The translations under genes and the position numbers were made by a program. Shown here in pieces: positions 45,664-55,334 of a stretch of DNA of 64,000 nt (position 1 is the stretch's first letter; every line of letters begins with the position of its first letter). The notes beneath the pieces are model-generated. The model saw nothing but the letters and a program-made list of their open reading frames with translations, was not told the DNA's origin and searched no databases. Origin of the DNA: Bacteroidia bacterium (GTDB taxonomy: Bacteria; Bacteroidota; Bacteroidia; UKL13-3); NCBI GenBank assembly GCA_021740845.1, contig JAIOYZ010000004.1, forward strand, positions 54,142-118,141, written 5' to 3'.

Positions 45664-47112
45664 TTAATAAAGCGGTTTTCCTAAATAAAAATCAAGTACT
45701 TTTCTTCTGAAAACCAATTCGTATTTAGCTTGTGTAAAATCGGCCTCTGCGCGAATGTAGCCGTTTTTTGTATTTAAATAATCAGCCATGTTCATGCCAC
45801 CTAAATCAAATTGTTTCTCGGCCACATCAAAAGCCTCTTTATTGGCTTCTAAATTTTCTTTGTTGGCATCAAATTTTTTAAAGGATGACTTAAAATCAAC
45901 GTAAGATTGAGAAATACTTCTGTACAAATTATTTTTGGTTTGTTTCTCATTCAGTTTGTTAGATTGAACATTGATTTTAGATTTTTGAATATTGGTGTTC
46001 ACACTCCATCCATTAAATACAGGAATACTTAGGTTCAAACCGATATTTGTACCTAAATTTCTATTGAATTGTGTATTGAAGGGCGTGGTTTGATAATCTG
46101 AATAGCCTGTTGGTACCGTGGTATAAACTGGAATTGGAGTGCCGTTATAATCTCCTGCGCCAATTAAAGATGTGGTATAATTTAAATCTCCAACACCGCT
46201 TTGACTTTGAGTTGTGTAAAAGGAATTAACTCCTCCCGATAAAGTTAACCTAGGTGATCTTGCGCCTCGGGCAACATTGTAGGATAATTCTGAACTTTTG
46301 GAGCGATTTTCGGAAGCCACAACATCTGGACTATTCTTGCTAAATTCCTCAAAAATTGCGTCGATACTCAATGGTTCGTCGGCAATTTTCAAATCTTCAA
46401 CAGGTGGAATTTCTACTTGGTAACCGCCATCAGGTTTAAGTTCTATTAATAACCACAATTCTAAATAGGCTTGCATTACCGTGTTTTGGGCATTAACTGC
46501 CACTAATTCCTCAGACGACATTTGAGCTTTTAATTGAAGGTACCTGCTTTTATTGCTGCTTCCCAAATCGTACATTTTCTTTTGCCTTTCTACTTGCGCT
46601 TTTGTTGAAGCAACTCTTGCATCGGCAGAATTTGCCAATTCAATACTTTGTAAAACACGTAAATAGGCATTGCAAACATTTAAGATTATGGTGTTTTTGG
46701 TTTGCTCCAAATCTTTTTCACTTGCCTTTAATCTGTATTGTTGAACCTTAACATTGTTCATGTTCTGAAAGCCGTTGAACAAAGGAACGCTGCTATTTAA
46801 CCCAAAAGAATTGGTTCTAAACGAAACACCCTCACGAGCAAGATTGGTTGCAGGGTTAATAGCAAAACCAGTTTGCCAATTGTTGCTAACATTACCATTT
46901 AAATTAGGTAATAAATTCATCTTGCTCTGAAAATAATCTGCCTTTGAAGCAAGTGTTGTTAACTCCTGCTGTTGCACAGTTATGTTCTTTTCTAAAGCAC
47001 GGTTAACACAGTCTTTTAGACTCCATATTTTTTGATCTTGAGCATTCACAAATGACATGCTCCAAAAACAAAGCGCTAAAATGGCGCTATTTTTTTTGAA
47101 TATTTGAACCAT
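45664..47112 (-). CDS. TolC-family outer-membrane efflux protein
   Basis: Signal peptide and two tandem OEP repeats (LSLKDCVNRALEKN..., typical of the TolC N-terminus). Confidence 0.85.
   Translation of the reverse strand: MVQIFKKNSAILALCFWSMSFVNAQDQKIWSLKDCVNRALEKNITVQQQELTTLASKADYFQSKMNLLPNLNGNVSNNWQTGFAINPATNLAREGVSFRTNSFGLNSSVPLFNGFQNMNNVKVQQYRLKASEKDLEQTKNTIILNVCNAYLRVLQSIELANSADARVASTKAQVERQKKMYDLGSSNKSRYLQLKAQMSSEELVAVNAQNTVMQAYLELWLLIELKPDGGYQVEIPPVEDLKIADEPLSIDAIFEEFSKNSPDVVASENRSKSSELSYNVARGARSPRLTLSGGVNSFYTTQSQSGVGDLNYTTSLIGAGDYNGTPIPVYTTVPTGYSDYQTTPFNTQFNRNLGTNIGLNLSIPVFNGWSVNTNIQKSKINVQSNKLNEKQTKNNLYRSISQSYVDFKSSFKKFDANKENLEANKEAFDVAEKQFDLGGMNMADYLNTKNGYIRAEADFTQAKYELVFRRKVLDFYLGKPLY
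46032..46041 (+). repeat. Copy of the over-represented dyad motif (core GGTTCAAACC)
   Basis: ttaGGTTCAAACCgat, inside the TolC CDS and read as GLNL on the minus strand. Confidence 0.8.
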
Positions 47113-47147
47113 TGATTAAATTTGGTTTTAGGTTTCAGGCAAAAATA

Positions 47148-47765
47148 ATGTTTAAATACACAATCCCGTCAATTCTTCCAATCCTATTTTCTTCCTATAC
47201 ATGGAAGGTGAAAACTAAGGATAAGGAGCTGTTTTTAACATTTGATGACGGTCCACATCCTTTAATTACACCTTGGGTAATAGAACAATTGCGTTTATTT
47301 AATGCCAAAGCTACCTTTTTTTGCGTAGGAGAAAATGTAAAAAAATTCCCTGAGACCTATTCTCAAATTTTAGATGCTGGGCATGATATTGGTAACCACA
47401 CCTTTCACCATAAAAATGGCTGGCATACAAATAATATCGATTATTTTACGGATGTATATTTGGCCAAGAATTTCATCAAAAGCAAACTTCTTCGGCCGCC
47501 ATATGGAAGAATAAAGGCTAGTCAGGCAAAGGTTTTGGGTAAGGAGTTTGAAATAATTATGTGGAGCAAATTAAGCAGAGATTACGAGCAAAATTTAAAT
47601 GTGAAGGAAAGTTACAAGCAAATGTGTAAAGTGAAAAACGGGGATATACTAGTTTTTCATGATAGCGATAAGGCATTTAAAAATTTGCAATTTCTCTTGC
47701 CTCAATTATTGGCTTATTACCACAATTTAGGTTATAAAATGTTAGCCTTAAGCGATAGAAAATAA
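47148..47765 (+). CDS. Polysaccharide deacetylase (NodB homology domain, CE4)
   Basis: LTFDDGPHP, FFCVGENV, GHDIGNHTFHH are CE4 motifs 1-3. The ATG at 47148 is preferred over the TTG at 47112. Confidence 0.8.
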   Translation: MFKYTIPSILPILFSSYTWKVKTKDKELFLTFDDGPHPLITPWVIEQLRLFNAKATFFCVGENVKKFPETYSQILDAGHDIGNHTFHHKNGWHTNNIDYFTDVYLAKNFIKSKLLRPPYGRIKASQAKVLGKEFEIIMWSKLSRDYEQNLNVKESYKQMCKVKNGDILVFHDSDKAFKNLQFLLPQLLAYYHNLGYKMLALSDRK

Positions 47766-48859
47766 TGTTTGAAATAATTTTGATTCTACTTCTTTGGCTT
47801 TTTATTTGCCTTCAATTGTTTGTATTGGCAGCAGTTTTGGCTGATAGACCGCTAACACAAAGTTTAAAAGAATTTCCCCAAGTGGTGGTTCTTGTGCCAG
47901 CTAGAAACGAAGAAAATAATATTTTAGAATGTCTACAAAGTTTGGTTCAATTAAATTATCCAAAAGAGGCTATCCAAATATGGGTAGGCGATGATAACTC
48001 CACAGATAATACTGCCCAAATCATACAGCATTTTGCATCGAAAAATTCAGGTGTTCATTATTATAAGGTGGATTCAAATTTAGGTTCAGCCAGAGCTAAA
48101 GGAAATGTTTTGGAACACTTGGTTCAAGCTACAGAAGCAAATTATATTTTTGTAACCGATGCCGATATAAAAGTTTCTCCAAATTGGGTAAGGCAGTTAC
48201 TTCCTAAATTAATTAGCCAAGAATGTGGCATAGTTAGCGGAACAACTTTGGTTCAAGGCAATACTCTTTTTAAAACCTGGCAAGGCATTGATTGGACCAT
48301 TGGAAATGGAAATTTAATTGGCTTGGATAGACTTGGAATAAAATCTACAGCAATTGGCAATAACATGGCTTTTACAAGAAATGCGTATTCAAAAACGGGT
48401 GGTTATAGCAAAATGAAATTTTCTGTTACCGAAGATTTTCAATTGTTTAAAGCTATTCGTCAAGCGGGTTTTGGTTCGTATAATTTATTGGATGCAGCTT
48501 CTTTAAATATTTCTAAGGCTCAAGAAACCATTAAAAATTTGCTTCATCAAAGAAAACGTTGGATGATTGGCGCTAGGGATTTGCCTTGGTTTTGGTTGCT
48601 TATTTTTGGTTTACAAGCCAGCTTTTATCCTGTTATTTTTATAGTATTCGGTTTGAACCAAAACCTTGCTATCACAATTTATTTAACGAAAGTGATTTTA
48701 CAAACTAGTTTTGTTTTGCTAATTCATGTTCGTTTAAAAAGAGGAATTCCTTGGCTTGGCCTTGTATCATATGAGTTTTATTCCATTTTCATTCATGTAT
48801 TAATGATTGCTTTTTATTTTATTCCTATTAAGATGAATTGGAAAGAAAGAACCTATTAA
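47765..48859 (+). CDS. Membrane-embedded processive-type GT2 glycosyltransferase (COG1215-like)
   Basis: VVVLVPARNEE, VGDDNSTDNT, VTDADI, VTEDFQL, and the Q(R/Q)xRW-type motif HQRKRW followed by TM helices. The start overlaps the deacetylase stop (ATAATG). Confidence 0.8.
   Translation: MFEIILILLLWLFICLQLFVLAAVLADRPLTQSLKEFPQVVVLVPARNEENNILECLQSLVQLNYPKEAIQIWVGDDNSTDNTAQIIQHFASKNSGVHYYKVDSNLGSARAKGNVLEHLVQATEANYIFVTDADIKVSPNWVRQLLPKLISQECGIVSGTTLVQGNTLFKTWQGIDWTIGNGNLIGLDRLGIKSTAIGNNMAFTRNAYSKTGGYSKMKFSVTEDFQLFKAIRQAGFGSYNLLDAASLNISKAQETIKNLLHQRKRWMIGARDLPWFWLLIFGLQASFYPVIFIVFGLNQNLAITIYLTKVILQTSFVLLIHVRLKRGIPWLGLVSYEFYSIFIHVLMIAFYFIPIKMNWKERTY
48650..48659 (-). repeat. Copy of the over-represented dyad motif (core GGTTTGAACC on + strand)
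   Basis: ttcGGTTTGAACCaaa, inside the GT2 CDS and read as FGLNQN. Confidence 0.8.
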
Positions 48860-48901
48860 TAGCAAAATTTTGTTTTCCATAGCATTTAAAAAGTAAAATT
48901 C

Positions 48902-48911
48902 GGTTTGAACC
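48902..48911 (-). repeat. Copy of the over-represented dyad motif (core GGTTTGAACC on + strand)
   Basis: ttcGGTTTGAACCaaa, intergenic between the GT2 and tatD genes. Confidence 0.8.
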
Positions 48912-48960
48912 AAACCCTGAATCAAACAAATTAGCCTGCAAAAAATCCTATATTTGGCCT

Positions 48961-49728
48961 GTGAATTTTGTAGACACCCACACGCATTTATATTCTGAAG
49001 AATTTAAAGACGATAGAAAAGCAGTTGTAGAAAAGGCAATTTTAAATGGAGTAAACAAGCTTTTTTTACCCAATATTGATTTGCACTCCATTCAGCCCAT
49101 GCTCGATTTGTGTTGGGATTTTCCGGATAATTGTTTTCCAATGATGGGCCTTCATCCTTGTTCTGTTGATCAGCATGTGGAGGCGCATTTATTTCAAATT
49201 CAGAAATGGTTTAAGAAAAGAAAATTTTATGCTGTTGGCGAAATTGGCCTTGATTATTATTGGAGTACCGAATTTAAAGACCAGCAAATACGCGCATTTA
49301 AAATGCAAATTCAATGGGCCATTCAGCAAGATTTACCCATTGTAATCCATTCTAGAAATAGCAATGAGGATGTTATTCAAATTCTTAAAGAAATGAAACA
49401 TCCAAAGTTGCGTGGTATTTTTCATTGCTTTGGTGGCGATAGTGCTCAGGCAAAAGAAGTGGTTGAATTGGGTTTTTATCTAGGAATTGGAGGTGTTCTC
49501 ACCTTTAAAAATGGAGGTTTAGATAAAGCCATTGCAGATATTCCCCTCGAGAGTTTAGTTTTAGAAACAGATTCTCCCTATTTGGCCCCTGTGCCGCACA
49601 GAGGAAAAAGGAATGAGAGTTTTTATGTTTTAGAGGTAGCTAAAAAGTTGGCCGAATTAAAGCAAGTTGGCTTGGCAAAAGTTGCAGAAATTACCAGTCA
49701 AAATTCCCAAAAAGTTTTTGGTATTTAA
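48961..49728 (+). CDS. tatD: TatD-family metal-dependent hydrolase/DNase
   Basis: FVDTHTHL, GEIGLDYYW, IHSR, HCF.G, and ETDSPYL motifs. GTG start. Confidence 0.9.
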   Translation: MNFVDTHTHLYSEEFKDDRKAVVEKAILNGVNKLFLPNIDLHSIQPMLDLCWDFPDNCFPMMGLHPCSVDQHVEAHLFQIQKWFKKRKFYAVGEIGLDYYWSTEFKDQQIRAFKMQIQWAIQQDLPIVIHSRNSNEDVIQILKEMKHPKLRGIFHCFGGDSAQAKEVVELGFYLGIGGVLTFKNGGLDKAIADIPLESLVLETDSPYLAPVPHRGKRNESFYVLEVAKKLAELKQVGLAKVAEITSQNSQKVFGI

Positions 49729-50069
49729 GCTTTCCTTTTGAACCAAAGTTAGCATCTACGCTGATTTATTTCCATTTATAAAGGAATGGCTGAATAGATT
49801 TTTGGTTCAAGCCAATTCTTTTTTTTGGCATTACTTGCAAATTTTCTTTTTGTTTTGGTAAAGATTATTATGTTTGTTTAATACAAGATTTTTAGAAAAA
49901 TGAAGAAAATATTAACTGCTAGCTTACTATTTTTTGTATTCTACATTATAAATGCCCAAGGTTTTTCCTTGGTAGATTATGTAAGAGCCACTAAAGGTTT
50001 CGGTTTAATATTTTGAATTTACCTGCACTCAAATAATAATCACTTTTTACAGTCTTAATACAAATCCAT

Positions 50070-52844
50070 TTGAAGAAACAATTACTTTTATTAAGCCTAT
50101 TTGTGCTTGCATGCTTTACTTTGTTAAAAGCGCAAGAAACACAACAAATTAAAGGGACTATTAGGGATTCTAAAACGGCAGAACCCCTCATTGGTGCTAC
50201 TGTTTCGGTTAAGGGAAGTACCACTGGTGTAACCACAGATTACGAAGGATCATTCCTTCTAAAAACAAAGGAGAAATTGCCCTTAACAATTGTTGTTTCC
50301 TATATTGGTTATGTGAAAGTGGAAATTTTGGTTCAAACCGTTTCTAAATCATTTGAGATTAAGCTTAAAGAGAATACAAAAGAATTACAAGAGGTTTCTA
50401 TTAGAGATAGTAGGATTACACAAAAGCAAAAGCAAGCTCCGTTAACCATTGAAACCATGGATGCAATTGCTATTAAAGAAACTCCAGCGGCAAATTTTTA
50501 TGAAGGATTGGCCCATTTAAAAGGGGTGGATATTACAAGTGCAAGTATTGGGTTTAAGATTATTAATACTCGTGGGTTTAATAGTACTTCACCAGTAAGA
50601 AGTTTGCAATTAATTGATGGAGTGGATAACCAAGCACCGGGCTTAAATTTTTCTTTGGGTAATTTCCTTGGGGCTTCAGAATTGGATGTTCAAAAGGTAG
50701 ATTTAATTGTTGGTGCATCTGGCGCATATTATGGTCCTAATGCGTTTAATGGTGTTATTAATATGCAAACCAAGAGTCCATTTCAGTTTCCTGGATTATC
50801 GGTTCAAATGCGTTTAGGTGAAAGGCGTTTAACAGAAATGGCTATACGTTATGCCGAAGTTTTTAAGAACAAAAAGGGTGAGGAGAAATTTGCCTATAAG
50901 TTCAATGTTTTTGCCATGAGTGCCCAAGATTGGGAGGCAACTAATTACGAAAAAACGGCGCAAAGTCCTGTGGATGAAAAGAACCCTGGTGGTTACGATG
51001 CTGTAAATGTATATGGAGATGAATATTCCACCAATAGGTTCAAACAATCTGGGTTAACTTATTTGGGTTATGGTTATGCCGTAAGAAGTGGTTATAAAGA
51101 AATTGATTTGGTAGATTACCATTCTCGCAATTTGAAGTTAAATGCTGCCTTACATTATAAAGTGAAGAAAGATGTTGAATTAATTGTGAGCTCAAGTTTT
51201 GGAACAGGAACTACCGTTTACCAAGGCGATAATAGGTTTAGCCTAAAAGATATTTTGTTTAACCAAAATAAAATTGAATTAAGAAAGGAAAATAGTTTTT
51301 TCATTAGGGCTTATACCACCAAAGAAAACGCGGGCAATAGTTTTGATGCCTATGCCACAGCTTTGCTTCTGCAGAATTATGCCAAGACGGATAACAATTG
51401 GGCAAAGGATTATGCAGAAAACTGGAATGGAATTGCTTATAATACCATGATTGGCTTGAGGCCAGCCGTTAATTCTGTTCCACCTGGTATTTTATATGAA
51501 AAATATGCCAACCATTTTTTAAACAATTATTACTACGATACTTTAACTCGTTATCATGGGTTGGTAAGAGAAGTAACCGATACCAAGCCAAGCAACCAAA
51601 CAGGCGGTGTGGCTAGGTTTGAACCAGGAACCGCGAGGTTTGATTCTGCCTATAAAGAAATTATTTCTCTATCAAATCGGGAGGGTGGTTCAAGATTTAT
51701 CGATGAATCTGCTTTATACCATTTAATGGCTGAAAAGCAATTTAAGGTTAAGGAATTGGAAATAAGAATGGGAGGCAATTATAGATTATATGCTCCTTTT
51801 AGTATGGGTACTATTTTCTTAGATACCGCTGGTATGGATAGAATTTACAATAGTGAAGTGGGAGCATACCTTGGTTTAGAACATAAATTTGTAGACAATA
51901 GATTGAAAGTAAGTTTCACCAATCGATTGGATAAAAATCAAAATTTCAATCTCCTTTGGTCGCCAGCAGCATCTTTTGTTTATTCATTCTTAGAACATGT
52001 TTTCCGTTTTTCTGCTGCAAGTGCAATCCGCAACCCAACTTTATCCGACCAGTATATAAATTTAAATGTGGGTCGTGCTACTTTATTGGGCAACCTAAAT
52101 GGCTTTGATAGTTTGGTTACCATTGAGAGTATGTTGGATGCCTTTAATAATGGTAAAAGTAGATTGTCATATTTTAACGTTGCACCTATTAAACCTGAAA
52201 GAGTTAAAACACTTGAGTTTGGATATAGAGGCAATATTAATGAGAAGATATTTGTTGATTTGAGTTACTATTATAGTTGGTACAACGACTTTATTGGATA
52301 TAAAATTGGAGCGGATATCAATTGGCCAGCAAATGAAATTTTCCCTAGTAATGCTAAAGTTTATAGAGTTAGTGCTAATGCCATAGATATGGTAACCACT
52401 CAGGGTTTTACTATTGGCGTAAATTACTTTTACCAAAAATACTTAGGGTTTTCTGGAAATTATTCTTGGAATAAATTAGACCGAAATGGTTCATTAGACC
52501 CATTGATACCTGCATTTAATACTCCTGAGCACAAATATAATTTGGGAATAAATGGACGTGATATAAGCTCAAAAATTGGTGGTTTGGAAATTCAATCTTG
52601 GGGTTATGCCATCAATTGGAAATGGCAAAAAGGCTTTATGTTTGAAGGGTCACCCCAATTTACTGGTGAGGTTCCAGCTTATGGAATGCTAGATATTCAA
52701 TGGAATAAATACTTTCCTGGAGAAAAGATGACCATGAAATTGGGAGCAAGTAATGCTTTAAATAATAAGGTTATTCAGGTATACGGCGGACCAAGAGTTG
52801 GAAGGATGGCATATATTTCCTTGCTATTTGATTTTTCTAAATAA
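50070..52844 (+). CDS. TonB-dependent receptor (CarboxypepD_reg + plug + 22-strand barrel)
   Basis: Signal peptide, IKGTIRDSKTAEPLIGATVSVKG, plug motifs (IETMDAIAIKE, GFKIINTRGF), and a C-terminal barrel end. TTG start as in the track. Confidence 0.85.
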   Translation: MKKQLLLLSLFVLACFTLLKAQETQQIKGTIRDSKTAEPLIGATVSVKGSTTGVTTDYEGSFLLKTKEKLPLTIVVSYIGYVKVEILVQTVSKSFEIKLKENTKELQEVSIRDSRITQKQKQAPLTIETMDAIAIKETPAANFYEGLAHLKGVDITSASIGFKIINTRGFNSTSPVRSLQLIDGVDNQAPGLNFSLGNFLGASELDVQKVDLIVGASGAYYGPNAFNGVINMQTKSPFQFPGLSVQMRLGERRLTEMAIRYAEVFKNKKGEEKFAYKFNVFAMSAQDWEATNYEKTAQSPVDEKNPGGYDAVNVYGDEYSTNRFKQSGLTYLGYGYAVRSGYKEIDLVDYHSRNLKLNAALHYKVKKDVELIVSSSFGTGTTVYQGDNRFSLKDILFNQNKIELRKENSFFIRAYTTKENAGNSFDAYATALLLQNYAKTDNNWAKDYAENWNGIAYNTMIGLRPAVNSVPPGILYEKYANHFLNNYYYDTLTRYHGLVREVTDTKPSNQTGGVARFEPGTARFDSAYKEIISLSNREGGSRFIDESALYHLMAEKQFKVKELEIRMGGNYRLYAPFSMGTIFLDTAGMDRIYNSEVGAYLGLEHKFVDNRLKVSFTNRLDKNQNFNLLWSPAASFVYSFLEHVFRFSAASAIRNPTLSDQYINLNVGRATLLGNLNGFDSLVTIESMLDAFNNGKSRLSYFNVAPIKPERVKTLEFGYRGNINEKIFVDLSYYYSWYNDFIGYKIGADINWPANEIFPSNAKVYRVSANAIDMVTTQGFTIGVNYFYQKYLGFSGNYSWNKLDRNGSLDPLIPAFNTPEHKYNLGINGRDISSKIGGLEIQSWGYAINWKWQKGFMFEGSPQFTGEVPAYGMLDIQWNKYFPGEKMTMKLGASNALNNKVIQVYGGPRVGRMAYISLLFDFSK
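50330..50339 (+). repeat. Copy of the over-represented dyad motif (core GGTTCAAACC)
   Basis: tttGGTTCAAACCgtt, inside the TonB receptor CDS and read as LVQTV. Confidence 0.8.
51616..51625 (-). repeat. Copy of the over-represented dyad motif (core GGTTTGAACC on + strand)
   Basis: ctaGGTTTGAACCagg, inside the TonB receptor CDS and read as RFEPG. Confidence 0.8.
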
Positions 52845-52937
52845 TTGCAGAAAATCCCAATTGGTTTGTTTTCTACTCAAATTATCCTTAATTAGCACTT
52901 TGATACTCTTAACACTAAATAAATAAACTATAAAACT

Positions 52938-54869
52938 ATGAAGAAAACCTTACTAAAGGGATTGGCCCTTGTAGCTGGGATGGTGGCATTACAGGCCACT
53001 GCGCAAACACGTTACATCGACCAAGTTTTTGCCAATGTGAGCAAAACTAGCAATGTAATGTATGATTCTAACGCCGCTGTAAATTTACTTTACGGTCAGG
53101 TACCAGGAATTCAACCTATTTTCTCAAATAAATTAATGTGTGATATTTATGAGCCAACTGGTGATACCGAGGCTAAAAGACCATTAATTATTTTGGCTCA
53201 CACCGGAAGTTATTTGCCAGGTTTAGTTAATAAACAAACCACAGGTAACAGAAAAGATAGCACTATTGTTCAAATGGCACAAGAGTTTGCAATGCGTGGT
53301 TATGTTGTTGCTGCTGTTGATTATCGTACAGGTTGGAATCCAACTACTACAGATCAATCTCAAGCTACTGAACAATTATTAAAAGCAACTTACCGCGGTA
53401 TGCAAGATGTTTCTAATGCTGTAAGGTATTTAAGAACAAATGCTTCAATGTATAAAATTGATACTGCAAAAATAATTGTAGGTGGTCAAGGTACTGGTGG
53501 TTATGTTGCATTAGCATTGGCTACAGTTAGCACACGTGCGGATATCGAATCTAATTTGAAGTTCTTGCGTGGAGATGTAACTCCAATGGTTAATATGGAT
53601 ACCTTAGGTACTTGGACTGGTTTAGGTGGATGGCCTTATTTAAACTATGCTGCTGATGCAGGTGTTTCATCTAATATTCACATGGTGTTTAATTTTGGTG
53701 GAGCTATGGGTGATACTGCTTGGATGAAACCAACCAGTTTGCCTATTGTTAGCTTACAGTGCACTAAAGATCCATTTGCTCCATACAAAACAGGTAACGT
53801 TATTGTTCCTACTACAGGTTTAACTGTTATTCCTAATGCATCAGGCGCTGGTCATGTTATTCCTAAGGCAAATGCAATGGGTTTAAATGATAAATTAAAT
53901 AGCGTTGCTTATTTAGATGCAGTTAGCGAAAGAGCTATGATGGTACCTAACGCCGAAAACAATTTATTCGGATTCGAATCAGCATTTCCTTTCGAAAATG
54001 CTCCTTGGGAATGGTGGGATAGAACAATCATGCAAGCAACTACTGCAGTTCCTTATGCTGGTTCTCCATTATCTGCTCCTTTTTATGGTTTCTTGCCTGC
54101 AAATGGTAGAGAAGCAGATTCACTTTCTATGTTAACTAATCCAACTATGTCTGCTCCTAGAGGCAAGGCATATTGCGATACAATTGCAAAATTTGTTTCT
54201 CCTCGTATTGCCATTCAATTAGATTTAGCTGGTGAGGCTGCTTTAAATAATTTTGATCTTGTTAGCCCAGCTAATGCTGCGTCAATTGATGTTTATGATA
54301 GTGCTGAATTATTCTTAAATGTACGTTGGGAAAAAGCTAGTATGGTAGGTTCAAACAATTATACTTTCGAATTAGATATGATGACTGGTGATTTCAGCGA
54401 GCCTTTGGTTTCTGTTCCAGTTGGTGATTCTGATTCAATGATGGTTGATCACCAAACTGTTTATGGTTTATTGGTAGACCTTGGTGCTCCAGATAATACT
54501 CCTTTACCTTTACAGTGGAGAGTGGTTGCAAACAATAATTATTTTGCTAAACCATCTTCTTCTGCTAGAATGATTACTTTAACCAAAAAAGTTCTTGCAA
54601 CTGGAGTAAATGAAACTAACTTAAATTCTTTTGTTACTGTTTATCCTAACCCTGCAAAAGATAATGTTAAAGTAAGCATGGATAATTCTAAAGCACCTAT
54701 CAGTTCATTAGTTATTTATGATATCATGGGTCGTGAGGTTTATACCCAAAATAATATCAATGCATTTACTTCTGGTGTTAATACTTCTGGTTTTAATGCT
54801 GGTATGTATATCATGACAGTTAGAACTTCAACTGGTGCAACTGCTACTAAGCGTTTCACTATTCAATAG
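52938..54869 (+). CDS. Secreted alpha/beta-hydrolase-like protein with T9SS C-terminal sorting domain
   Basis: Signal peptide, an esterase-like core (IILAHTGSY..., GGQGTGGY nucleophile-elbow-like), and a type A Por/T9SS CTD (VTVYPNPAKDNVKVS...GMYIMTVRT...KRFTIQ). Confidence 0.75.
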   Translation: MKKTLLKGLALVAGMVALQATAQTRYIDQVFANVSKTSNVMYDSNAAVNLLYGQVPGIQPIFSNKLMCDIYEPTGDTEAKRPLIILAHTGSYLPGLVNKQTTGNRKDSTIVQMAQEFAMRGYVVAAVDYRTGWNPTTTDQSQATEQLLKATYRGMQDVSNAVRYLRTNASMYKIDTAKIIVGGQGTGGYVALALATVSTRADIESNLKFLRGDVTPMVNMDTLGTWTGLGGWPYLNYAADAGVSSNIHMVFNFGGAMGDTAWMKPTSLPIVSLQCTKDPFAPYKTGNVIVPTTGLTVIPNASGAGHVIPKANAMGLNDKLNSVAYLDAVSERAMMVPNAENNLFGFESAFPFENAPWEWWDRTIMQATTAVPYAGSPLSAPFYGFLPANGREADSLSMLTNPTMSAPRGKAYCDTIAKFVSPRIAIQLDLAGEAALNNFDLVSPANAASIDVYDSAELFLNVRWEKASMVGSNNYTFELDMMTGDFSEPLVSVPVGDSDSMMVDHQTVYGLLVDLGAPDNTPLPLQWRVVANNNYFAKPSSSARMITLTKKVLATGVNETNLNSFVTVYPNPAKDNVKVSMDNSKAPISSLVIYDIMGREVYTQNNINAFTSGVNTSGFNAGMYIMTVRTSTGATATKRFTIQ

Positions 54870-54887
54870 TTAAAACTAATCTTATTT

Positions 54888-54925
54888 GAAAGCCCCCAAA
54901 AGCAATTTTGGGGGCTTTCTTTTTG
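54888..54925 (+). terminator. Rho-independent terminator
   Basis: 13-bp perfect stem gaaagcccccaaa / tttgggggctttc (54888-54900 / 54907-54919) with a 6-nt loop and a T-run. Confidence 0.85.
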
Positions 54926-55024
54926 CATGTTTTCTAAGCTTGCCTTCCTTTAGTGGTTTTATTTCACCTCAAAAATTTCTCCCTAAAAGAGTATATTTGG
55001 TCTCTATAAATAATATTTTACGGT

Positions 55025-55261
55025 ATGAACCAATGGCAAGAAATAGATAAAAAGCTTTGCAAAACATTTGTATTTGCCAATTTTGTGGAGGCTCTGGCTT
55101 GGATGGTTAAAGCTGGTTTTGAAATTGAAAAAATAAACCACCACCCCGAATGGAAGAACACTTATAATAAAATTGAAGTGAAACTTTGTACTCACGATGC
55201 TGGTAATACCATTACAGAAAAAGACCACGAATTGGCTCGTATATTAGATACCATAAAATAA
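55025..55261 (+). CDS. phhB: Pterin-4a-carbinolamine dehydratase
   Basis: 78 aa. W..I...L.K.F.F..F..A..W........HHPEW.N.YN.V...L.THD.G..T..D..LA is the PCD/DCoH signature. Confidence 0.85.
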   Translation: MNQWQEIDKKLCKTFVFANFVEALAWMVKAGFEIEKINHHPEWKNTYNKIEVKLCTHDAGNTITEKDHELARILDTIK

Positions 55262-55334
55262 TTTAATTCTGTTTACACCATATTTATATACCGGTGAGTT
55301 CCCAAATCCAAATGAGGCAGACGAAGATGGTTTA

